The translations under genes were made by a program, and so were the position numbers. A model generated the notes under the pieces. It did no database searches. It was not told the origin of the DNA and saw only the letters and a list, made by a program, of their open reading frames with translations. Below, piece after piece: positions 12,201 to 24,200 of a stretch of 64,000 bases of DNA. Numbering within the stretch: the stretch's first letter is position 1; each line of letters starts with the position of its first letter. The stretch is from Squalus acanthias. Taxonomy: Eukaryota. Where the stretch lies: assembly GCA_030390025.1 (NCBI GenBank), contig CM059438.1, positions 20,522,001-20,586,000 of the forward strand, in the 5' to 3' direction.

Positions 12201-15200
12201 GATATTGAGGCTTTGGAAAGGGGACAGAGGAGGGCCACAGATGAATTCCCAGTTTGAAGCATTTAGTTACTACGAAAAGCTCAAAGAGCTGGGACTCTAC
12301 ACTTCAGAGAAGCTTAGATTTAGGAGTGACTTGATTGAGGTTTATAAGATGATGAAGGGAATAGATTGTGTTTGTGTAATCTGTTTGTTTGAACTAAATA
12401 GGATAGGGAGGACCAGGGCTCACAATCTCAAGTTATGTGAAGGCAGAACTAGGATAGATGTTAGGAGCTAGTTCTTTTCCCAGAGAATTGCGGACCTGTG
12501 GAACAGGCTGCTGGCTCGAGCAGTGAACACTGATTCACTGAATTCCTTCAAACGAGAGTAAGTCCTGTTTCTGGCTGAGGTGGGTACCATATATCATTAA
12601 TCAGGGCCAGAGTAGTCTCCTGGACTCGTTTCGATTGGAGAGGAATTTTGCAGATTTCTTTCCCAAATTTGCCTGGGTTTTTATTCTCTTCACCCAAGAG
12701 ATGACATGGTTTCCGGCAGGGTGGGGTAGGTGTATATATTGTATGTTGTGTGTGACAGGCTGGCTGCACCAGTGGGCCTTTTCCTGTCCGTATGTTCGTA
12801 AATGTCAATCAGAGCTGATGTTAATAATTTCATTTAGTCATGTGTTATACCAATATTTCTATGAGTATGAATGAATGAGGATTGTTCAAAAAACACTTGT
12901 GAAAGCAAATAAACTGATTATGTTCCTCTATAGGATACTGCGGCGTTTATTCAACTGTACCAGGTCGGTAATATTTAAGTTAATTCTTTTTTTTAAATTT
13001 GTTGCTTTATACATTTGCTGACCCTTTATCAATCAACAATTAATCTTAATGGCTGTGCTCAGAGAATCACAGTATAGATTTGGTACAGTCTTTGTATGCT
13101 TCTGTCTAAAGCCTGCATATTATTCACATAGCTAAAGAGTGTGATCTACATTGTGCTATTTTGATGCTGTTTCATTACCATGTTAAGAAGCTCTTACATT
13201 CATATAATGTAATCTGTATTGTTGATTGGAGAATAAAATTCGAGTATTGCATATGAAGGCAAAATGTGAAATCAAACCAGCTACCAGAACGTTCAATTTG
13301 TTAGGTTCCAACACATTCTATCTTGAGCAGAACATGAATAATCTTTATATCATTTTGTGACTACAGACATTGTTGTATTTGATAAGAAATTGTTTTTCTC
13401 ATCGCATTAAATAGAAGAAAATGGCAAAGACTTCTCTTCTTTTAGGTATTTGTGTTGCTGTGTTCTGTCACTGATTGTCAAAATATCCACTGTGTAAACA
13501 CAGAATCATTCAGCTAGTGCAGAAAATGAAAATGAAATTTCCCAAATAACTGAGGAAAAAAATGTCATGTCATTGTATAATTTTCAAGCCCAGTTGAACA
13601 AATATATAATTTCTCCGGTAATTGTTGGTGATACAAGAATAATCACCAGTGCACCATGCCACAGTGTGAGGGGTTGTAGAGCAGTAAAAGAGAAAGGTTA
13701 AAGGGGACATTTTCTGCTTCTGTGGTTCCAGCGCGGAACATTTCCGGGGGCCTGGAGCGACAGCAGCCCAGAATATCTTTGTGAAACCCGGAGAGGCATT
13801 CCAGCTCTCCCCGGGCCTGGCAATCTTCCACCAACATCTCCGGGATCTTTGTGCGTGCGGTGTGGTGCTGGGGGTTTGTGCAGCTCCTCTTGCCCACTAT
13901 CCATGACCCCGTGAACTTTAGCAGAGTCAGCGGCAGATTTCAGTGGTGGGGATGCAATCTCAGCGAAACTGCAGGATATCCCCTTCTTGAGGAATGTGCC
14001 GCCATTGTTTATTCTTTAATGCTTCTCAAAAGGATTATGCAAAGTTTCAGGCTTGAATAGTTATGGGAAATATTAATTATGGATTTATTTTCATTATTTT
14101 GACTGGCACTACTAGAGCAAATAGACCAACAGGTACTAAAAATGTCTTCAAATTAATGTTAAGTACCTTCCAGTCTGCCGATTGCATTTTCAGTATTGTT
14201 GGTGGGCACAACCCAAGCGGAACAGGCGGTTATCACCGCACCACGTAATTTCCTGGTCACTTTTCTTTCTGTAATGCTGTTCAAGCCTCAAACTTCGTTG
14301 AATCTTTTGAACAGGTCTCAAAAATATTCTGTTTAATAATGCGTTTATTTTTATTATTTTGACAGGCCATACTGGACCATCAACGACAACAGGTACAGAA
14401 AATGTCCTGGAAAATATATTGATCCATATTAGAATGATTAAAGTTCATTACATTTATTTTAAAATTGTAATCTACAACTTTGTTTGCAATAAAATTAATT
14501 TCAGATCTAACCTAACATTTACTGTATAACAGGATATGGCTCATGCAGATACAACTGTGGGGGACATTCATCAGGTTGTATTCATGTATTGGCCAGTACC
14601 ACAGAGAATCTTTTCTGCAGCAAGATGTGTCTGGCATCCCTCCGTAGATCCTCTTCTTCTTCCAAACATGTCAGATAGGGGATTTCCTTTGAAGTTTTTT
14701 GGTAGCACTAATGGTGCTGGGGGAAAGGAGAAGTAATTTACAATAGGTGGCACAAAGGCGTATCAGACCCATTTTAAATGGGCATAATTAATGTTTTACA
14801 TCCTGTGGACCAGGACAGTGGGAGATGGTGTAGGATGAGCACATCCCCAAATTAATATTTAAATACGACGTTCACCATTTGGGAACTACATTTGACCATC
14901 TGTCAAAAGGAGGCGGTGGGACATCGCTCTCACCCTTTCTCAGGGTGGGGGAAACCAGCACTCACCTAGACCGACAATCTGCCACCAGCATTTGCAGCAT
15001 CTTTGGTGGCACAATCCAAGTGGAACGGGCAGTTATCACCGCACCACGAAATTTCCTGTTCACTTTTCTTTCTGTAATGCTGTTCAAAATGATTGTGCGA
15101 AGTTTGAGGCCTGAACAGGTATCAAAAATATTCTGTTTAATAATGCATTAATTTTTTATTATTTTGACAGACTCTACTGAAACATCACAGACATCAGGTA

Positions 15201-18200
15201 CAGAAAATGTCCTGAAAAATATATTGATCCACATTAGAATGATAAAAGTTCAAGACATTTATTTCAAAATTGTAATCTGCAACCTTGTTTGCAATAAAAT
15301 TAATTTCAGATCTAACCTAACATTTACTGTATAACAGGATACGGCTCTTGCAGATACAACTGTGGGGGATATTCGTCAGGTTGTTCCTGTGATTACAACT
15401 GTGCTTATTATGGCAACTGTTGCTCTGACTTCTGTGACCACTGTTCTTACATAAATAACGGTAAGAGAACTTACAGAAAATAAACTAATATTTAATTGTA
15501 TTTTAAAGTTAAAACATAAAATGATAAAAAGACTGTCAGAATTACCAATGGGACTTTATTGAAGATTATTACTCATATTGAGAATCAGTGTAGCTGAGTC
15601 CCGATGATGTGAAATGTTTTTCTGCAGTGTATAATGTAATCCATGAGATTATGGACAGCACCGACCTGACCTGCACTAATTCGAATGTTAACACAATTCA
15701 GTCTGAAATACAGTAACTCAGTTCAATCTTTAGGACATTTGTTTCAACTGCTTTGGAAAGTGTTTGTGTTGAGATTAATTCCACAGATAAAGGAAAGAAT
15801 ACCAGTCAGTCCCAGGAGGTAAATGGAGGTCACATATTACTTGGAAAATAAGAATCTAAATTGGATAGTGGAGCAAAGGGATCTGGCAGTACAAATACAC
15901 AAATCACTAAGGCTTTGGAAAGGGGACAGAGGAGGGCCACAGATGAATTCCCAGTTTGAAGCATTTAGTTTCTATGAAAAGCTCAAAGAACTGGGACTCT
16001 ACACTTCAGAGAAGCTTAGATTTAGGAGTGACTTGATTGAGGTTTATAAGATGATGAAGGGAATATATTGTGTTTGTGTAATCTGTTTGTTTGAACTAAA
16101 TAGGATAGGGAGGACCAGGGCTCACAATCTCAAGTTATGTGAAGGCAGAAGTAGGATAGATGTTAGGAGGTAGTTATTTTCCCAGAGAATTGCGGACCTG
16201 TGGAACAGGCTGCTGGTTCGAGCAGTGAACGCTGATTCACTGAATTCCTTCAAACGAGAGCAACTCCTGTTTCTGGCTGAGGTGGGGATCACTTCATACA
16301 AAAGGTGGGTACCATATATCATTAATCAGGGCCAGAGTAGTCTCCTGGACTAGTTTCGATTGGAGAGGAATTTTGCAGATTTCTTTCCCAAATTTGCCTG
16401 GGTTTTTATTCTCTTCGCCCAAGAGATGACATGGTTTCCGGCAGGGTGGGGTAGGTGTATATATTGTATGTTGTGTGTGACAGGCTGGCTGCACCAGTGG
16501 GCCTTTTCCTGTCCGTATGTTCGTAAATGTCAATCATAGCTGATGTTAATAATTTCATTTAGTCATGTGTTATACTAATATTTCTATGAGTCTGAATGAA
16601 TGAGGATTGTTCAAAAACACTTGATAAAGCAAATAAACTGATTATGTTCCTCTATAGGATACTGCGGCGTTTATTCAACTGTACCAGGTCGGTAATATTT
16701 AAGTTCATTCTTTTTTTTTAATTTGTTGCTTTGTACATTTGCTGACCCTTTATCAATCAACAATTAATCTTAATGGCTGTGCTCAGAGAATCACAGTATA
16801 GATTTGATAAAGTCTTTGTATGCTTCTGTCTAAAGCCTGCATATTATTCACATAGCTAAAGAGTGTGATCTACATTATGTTAAGAAGCTCTTACACTCTT
16901 ACATGCTAAAGGTATCAAGGGATATGGGGAGAAGGCAGGTACAGGGTACTGAGTTTGGATGATCAGCCATGATCTCATCGAATGGCGGAGCAGGCTCGAG
17001 GGGCCGAATGGCCTACTCCTGCTCCTATCTTCTATGTCTATGTTACCATGTTATAATGTAATCGGTATTGTTGATTGGAGATTAAAATTCTAGTATTGCA
17101 TATGAAGGCAAAATGTGAAATCAAACTAGGTACTAGAACGTTAAATTTGTTAGGTTCCAACACATTCTATCTTGATCAGAACATGAATAATCTTTATATA
17201 ATTTTGTGACTACAGACATTGTTGTATTTGATAAGAAATAGTTTTTCTCATCGCATTAAATAGAAGAAAATGGCAAAAACTTCTCTTCTTTTAGGTATTT
17301 GTGTTGCTGTGTTCTGTCACTGATTGTCAAAATATCCACTGTGTAAACACAGAATCATTCAGCTAGCGCGGAAAATGAAAATGAAATTTCCCAAATAACT
17401 GAAAAAAAAATGTCATGTCATTGTATAATTTTCAAGCCCAGTTGAACAAATATATAATTTCTCCGGTAATTATTGGTGATACAAGAATAATCACCAGTGC
17501 ACCATGCCACAGTGTGAGGGGTTGTAGAGCAGTAAAAGAGAAAGGTTAAAGGGGACATTTTCTGCTTCTGTGGTTCCAGCACGAAACATTTCCGGGGGCC
17601 TGGAGCGACAGCAGCCCAGAATATCTTTGTGAAACCCGGAGAGGCATTCCAGCTCTCCCCGGGCCTGGCAATCTTCCACCAAAATCTCCGGGATCTTTGA
17701 GTGTGCGGTGTGGTGCCGGGGGTTTGTGCAGCTCCTCTTGCCCACTATCCATGACCCCGTGAACTTTAGCAGAGTCAGCGGCAGATTTCAGTGGTGGGGA
17801 TGCAATCTCAGCGAAACTGCAGGATATCCCCTTCTTGAGGAATGTGCCGCCATTGTTTATTCTTTAATGCTTGTCAAAAGGATTATGCAAAGTTTCAGGC
17901 TTGAATAGTTATGGGAAATATTAATTATGGATTTGTTTTCATTATTTTCACTGGCACTACTGGAGCAAATAGACCAACAGGTACTAAAAATGTCTTCAAA
18001 TTAATGTTAAGTACCTTCCAGTCTGCCGATTGCATTTTCAGTATTGTTGGTGGGCACAATCCAAGCGGAACAGGTGGTTATCACCGCACCGCATAATTTC
18101 CTGGTCACTTTTCTTTCTGTAATGCTGTTGAAAAAGATTGAATGAAGTTTGAGGCTTGAACAGGTTTCAAAAATATTCTGTTTAATAATGCATTTATTTT

Positions 18201-21200
18201 TATTCTTTTGACAGACACTACTGAAACACCAATGACAACAGGTACAGATATGTCCTGGAAAATATATTGATCCACATTAGAATGATTAAAGTTCATTATA
18301 TTTATTTTAAAATTGTAATCTACAACCTTGTTAGCAATAAAATTAATTACCGATCTAAACTAACATTTACTGTATAACAGGATACGGCTCATGCAGATAC
18401 AACTGTGGGGGACATTCATCAGGTTGTTCCTGTAATTACAACTGTGCTTATTATGGCAACTGTTGTCAGGATTTCTGTGACCACTGTTCTTACATTAATA
18501 ACGGTAAGAGAACATTCAGAAAATAAACCAATATTTAAATGTATGTTAAAGTTAAAACATAAAATGTGTGTCAGAATTACCAATGGAACTTTATTGAAGA
18601 TTATTGCTCATATTGAGAAACAGTGTAGCTGAGTCCTAATGATGTGTAATGTTTTTCTGCAGTGTAGAGTGTGATCCCTGAGATTACTGTCAGCACCGAC
18701 ATCTCCTCTACTAATTTGAATGTTAACACAATTCAGTCTGAAATACAGTTACTCAGTTCAGTTACTGGTGTCGGTCTTTGGGACATTTGTTTCAACTTGT
18801 TGAGTTTGCTCCCATGCTTCACTTCTTTGGAAAGTGTTTGTGTTGAGGTTAATTCCACATTTAAAGGAGAGAATACCAGTGAGTCCCAGGAGGTAAATGG
18901 AGGTCACATATTACTTGGAAAATAAGAATCTAAATTGGATAGTGGAGCAAAGGGATCTGACAGTACAAATACTCTAATCACTAAAAGTTATGATGCAGAT
19001 CAGTTAGGTGTAGCATAATGTTACATTCTGAAATATTTACAAAAACAGAGCTTTTAAAAATGATCATTGCTGCAATATTTAAGATGATTAATTTTAATCA
19101 TGTCAATATTCTGTAAAAGTGGGTAAAAGCAAATACATTGGCCGCGATTTTGCCGGCGCTCAGAGGGCAGGTTTGGAGGCAGGTCTGAGGTTATAGTCGT
19201 TTTGATTGACGGCGGGTTCCAATCCTGCCATCAACCCGCCTTCAAACAGCTTTCCCAAGTGTTGGGTCACCGATTTGCAAATGGACCCGGCACCTAGCGG
19301 CGGGAAGAGGATTAAAGGCAATTACCTGCCTATTAGCAGGTACTTGCCAGTAGTTATCAGCCTGTTTTTGGATTTTCCCACTTCTGGGTCGGGTTCCCCA
19401 AAGTCGCGACACCACGCCAGGTAAGTGTGGTGTGTTGTGAGTCTGCTGTAATGTTTGTGGAATGATGACAGCTGCAGAACTGATGTGAAAGATCCAATGT
19501 TGCACATGGTGAGTTTCAGAGCAAAGAAAATGTCGGGTACTTCATTTTTAATACATTTACAGATTTCTTTAGCTTACAAGTTTTTAAATCCATGTCCAGT
19601 GCCACCTCATTTGAAGAACCCCTCTCACCAGTGACAGATCGCTTCTGTCACCTGACCTGCAGCTGCCATCTATTCCAGCCTATGGAGGGAGTCATTGGAG
19701 AGCCTGGGTGCAAGAGGCCACCTTTGTGCAGTGATTGTCATTGTTTTCAGCACCTCAATGCTGTCAAACACTGAGAAATCAATTGTCAAAATAAAATTGT
19801 GCGTGGTCCCTTTAAGGAAACCGGCAGATGACGCGTCAGCAAATGACGTCATCAGACCCGCTTCCTATTAATTGGCTGGTAAGTCCACAGGGCGAGCTTA
19901 ATAAGGTCAAGCAAGGCAAAATCACGTCTGTGGAGCGGAAGCAGCTGGGTGCCGTACCAGAACCTGGCAACCAGCTGTCCCAAACTTGACGCGCCTCCAT
20001 TAATAAAATCGTGGCCATTGTAACTGGGCAATGGGCAGAGCCGGATTAAGATTCTTCGTGTCCTGGGCATCAAGAACAATCAGAAACCCTCTGCATGTGC
20101 CACACAATACTTCCCTCGCCCTTCTAGCCGATCCGTTAAAGCACATTTGTGTAGTAAAATAGATGAAAAATTGGGCCCATAAAATGTTTGCACATTGCAT
20201 TAATAATAAAGCATAGAATATTACAATATACTACACTTACATAGAATTACATAGAATATACAGCACAATAAAAGGCCATTCAGCCCATCCAGTTGATGCC
20301 GGCGTTTATGCTCCACTTGAGACTCCACCCATCCTTCCTCATCTAACTCTATCAGCATAACCCTCTATTTCCTTCTCCCTCATATGCTTATAAAGCTTCC
20401 CCTTAAATGCATCTACACTATTTGCCTCAACCACTCCCTGTGGTAGCAAGTTCCACATTCTCACCACTCACTGGGTAAAGAAGTTACTTCTGAATTCCCT
20501 ATTTGATTTCTTGGTGACTATCTGATATTGATGGCCTCTAGATTTGCTCTTCCCCACAAGTGGAAACACTCTCTCTGTGTCTACTCTATCAAAACCTTTC
20601 ATGATTTTAAAGACCTCTATTAGGTCACCCCTCAGCCTTCTCTTTTCAAGAGAAAAGAGACCCAGCCTGTTCATCCTTTCCTGATAGGTATAACCTCGCA
20701 GTTCTGGTATCATCCTTGAAAATCTTTTTTGCACCCTCTCCAGTGCCTCCATATTCTTTTTATAATCTGGCAACCAGAACTGCACACAGCACTCCGAATG
20801 TGGTCTAACCAAGGTTCGATAAAAGTTTCGCATACTCTCTGTACATTTCAATTCTATCCCTCTAAAAATAAACCCTTGTGCTTGATTTGCTTCTGTTATG
20901 GCCTTATTAACCTGCGTCACAACTTCTAGTGATTTGTGTATTTGCACTCCCAGATCCCTTTCCTCCACTCCCCAATTTAGATTCTTATTTTCCATTTAAT
21001 ATGTGACCTCCCTTAAGCTGCACGGCCGCGCAGTTGTCTGGAGGTCCCACGCAGGCCGCTCACCGTCTTTTCAATGGGGCATTTCGCGCATGCGTTAAAT
21101 TTTAAATGGGCCGTGCAGTCCGTTAAAGGGACAGAGCATGCTCAAAAAAAATTAGGGGTAACATTGGTGACCTCCGTATTTTTTTTTTACTAAAGTGTAA

Positions 21201-24200
21201 TAACTCGCACTTACCTATGTTGAAATTCATTTGCCAATTATATGTCAATTTTTCAAGTTTATTCATGTCTTCTTGGTATTTATGGCAATCCTCCTCAGTG
21301 TTTACTATACCCTCCCAATTTGGTGTCTTCCACAAAATTAGATATTGTGTTTTTGATTGCAAAGTCTAAGTCGTTAATATAAATTGTGAACAACAGCGGT
21401 CCCAGCACTTATCCTTGTGGGACTCCACTTCCCACCTTCTGCTACTCTGACTAGTTACCCTTTACCCTACTCTCAGCTTTCAGTCTTTCAGCCAGCAAGC
21501 TATCCATTCTGCTAATTGTCCCATGACTCCGCATGCTCTGACCGTATTCATTAATCTATTATGTGGTACATTATCAAAGGCCTATTGGAAATCTAGATAT
21601 ATTACATTTATTTCATTACCCTTGTCTACTCTCTCTGTTACCTTTTCAAAGAATTCAATGAGGTTGGTCAAGCAAGACTTGCCTTTTGAAATCCATGTTG
21701 ACTATTCATTACTATATTTTTGGTTTCTAGATATTTTTCTATTTTCTCCTTCAGTAGGGATTCCATTATTTTTCCTGCTACCGATGTTAAGCTGACTAGT
21801 CTATAGTTCCCTGGACTTAGCTGAACCTTAAATCCTATCACAATGTACTCAGCAATATGAAGCACATTTGCACGCAGCCTCTGGCAGGGGTCCCATATTT
21901 TGCTGAGGCTCTTGTGCACAGCCCCAGTAGGCCCATGTGTTAATCTACCCCTGGCCATATGTGTTGTGATCACAGTTTTCAAACAAAAGGCCAAATAGTT
22001 TTCTGTCCATGTAGGCCATATTTCAGCATTTTAAAAACTGAGAAGAAATCAGTATAGTGTTTGCGGAATTGTTTTTGTGTTATACCTGGAGAACAGAGCT
22101 AGAGTGCTTGAATCAAAACTAAGGGACTCACGACTAAATTATGAATGAAGGATAACAGCAGAGTTTGGGCTATTAACGTAAGGAATAGACTACCACCTAG
22201 TTCACTGGCTAGAAGTATTCAAAGCTGAACTGGACAGATTACTGATTTAACAGGCACTGGAGAGACACATGGTTGAGATTAAGCAAGGAATGAGGTGCAA
22301 GTTGTCAAAACATGTCCTGGGCCTGGACTGAAATGATAGAAGGGGAAGATTCCTTCAAGTCGCTACTTAATTAGTGATGTCATAAACATGCTGGAAACAT
22401 TTTCTATGCTTGCAATGTGTAGTAAAATGCTAACGATCCTCCAATAAGGTGTTTGTTATTCTGCTATAAATAGTAATCAGAGGAATTTTTCCAGCTATTT
22501 ATTCAATGTCACTAACACTTTAGTCACCAGGAAAATCTTTGCCATGATGAGCTAGATTGACACAAAAGCCTTTTTCTCTTTACGCCATTGTATATTCCAA
22601 AACAAATAACTTAGATATGATTTACGTAAACAAGAGACAGGTTTGTGCTACACAACCTTGGTGCAAAGAAACAATGATTTTTATTTTCGATGCATGAACA
22701 CTAGATGGAATACTGTGTCCAGTTTTGATCCCCTCACATGATGGGTGATATTGAGGCTTTGGAAAGGGGACAGAGGAGGGCCACAGATTAATTCCCAGTT
22801 TGAAGCATTTAGTTACCACGAAAAGCTCAAAGAGCTGGGACTCTACACTTCAGAGAAGCTTAGATTTAGGAGTGACTTGATTGAGGTTTATAAGATGATG
22901 AAGGGAATAGATTGTGTTTGTGTAATCTGTTTGTTTGAACTAAATAGGATAGGGAGGACCAGGGCTCACAATCTCAAGTTATGTGAAGGCAGAACTAGGA
23001 TAGATGTTAGGAGCTAGTTCTTCTCCCAGAGAATTGCGGACCTGTGGAACAGGCTGCTGGTTCGAGCAGTGAACGCTGATTCACTGAATTCCTTCAAACG
23101 AGAGCAAGTCCTGTTTCTGGCTGGGGTGGAGATCACCTCGTACAAAAGGTGGGTACCATATATCATTAATCAGGGCCAGAGTAGTCTCCTGGACTAGTTT
23201 TGATTATTTTTCTTCACCTCGCCCAAGCGATTACATGGTTTCCGGTTGTGGTGGGTTGTATATATTATGTGTTGTGTGTGACAAGCAGGCTGCACCAATG
23301 GGCATTTTCCTGTCCGTCATTGTTTTTAAGTTTGTAAATGTCAATCATAGCTGATGTTAATAATTGCATTGATTCATGTGTTATATTAGTATTTCTATGA
23401 GTATGAATGAAATTGTCTGAAATTGTTCAAAAACACTTGATAAAGCAAACCAACTGAATGTGTTCCTCTATAGGATACTGCAGTGCTTATTCAACTCCAT
23501 CAGGTCAGTAATATTTAAGTAGATTTTTAAAAAAAAAATTGTTGGTTTGTTCATTTGCTAAATCAACAATGAATCTTAATGGCTGTACTCAGCAAATCAT
23601 ATTATTGATTTGGTATAGTCTCTGTATACTGCATATTATTGACATAGCTAAGCAATGTGTTCCACATGTATTATTTTGATGTTCTTTTATTAAAATGTTA
23701 AGTAGCTCTAACATTCTTTTAATTTAATCTGTATTGTTCATCGGAGATTAAAATTACAGCATTGCATATAAAGGCAAAAAGTTATATCAAACAAGGTACC
23801 TGAATGTTCAGTTTGCTATTTGCCAACATATTTTTCCTGGAGCAGAACATGAATAATCTTTTATAAAAACAGAAAATGCTGGAAATACTCAGCAGGTCAG
23901 GTAGCATCTGTGGAGAGAGAAACAGAGTTAACATTTCAGGTCGATGACCCTTCGTCAGAACTGGCAGGCCATCGAGCTGAAACGTTAACTCTGTTTCTCT
24001 CTCTCCACAGATGCTGCCTGACCTGCTGAGTATTTCCAGCATTTTCTGTTTTTATAAAAGATTTCCAGCATGCGCAGTATTTTGCTTATGAATAATCTTT
24101 ATATCATTTTGTGGCTACAGGAATTGCTGTATTTGACGAGAAATTGTTTTTTCTTTGGCCTTCAATAGAAGAAAATAGCAAAGACTTTTCTTCTAGGCAG

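Noticed and set aside
18405-18632. ORF-track peptides such as MGDIHQVVPVITTVLIMATVV (also 39549) that look like membrane segments
   Set aside because: Wrong-frame translations of the SMB-like exons.
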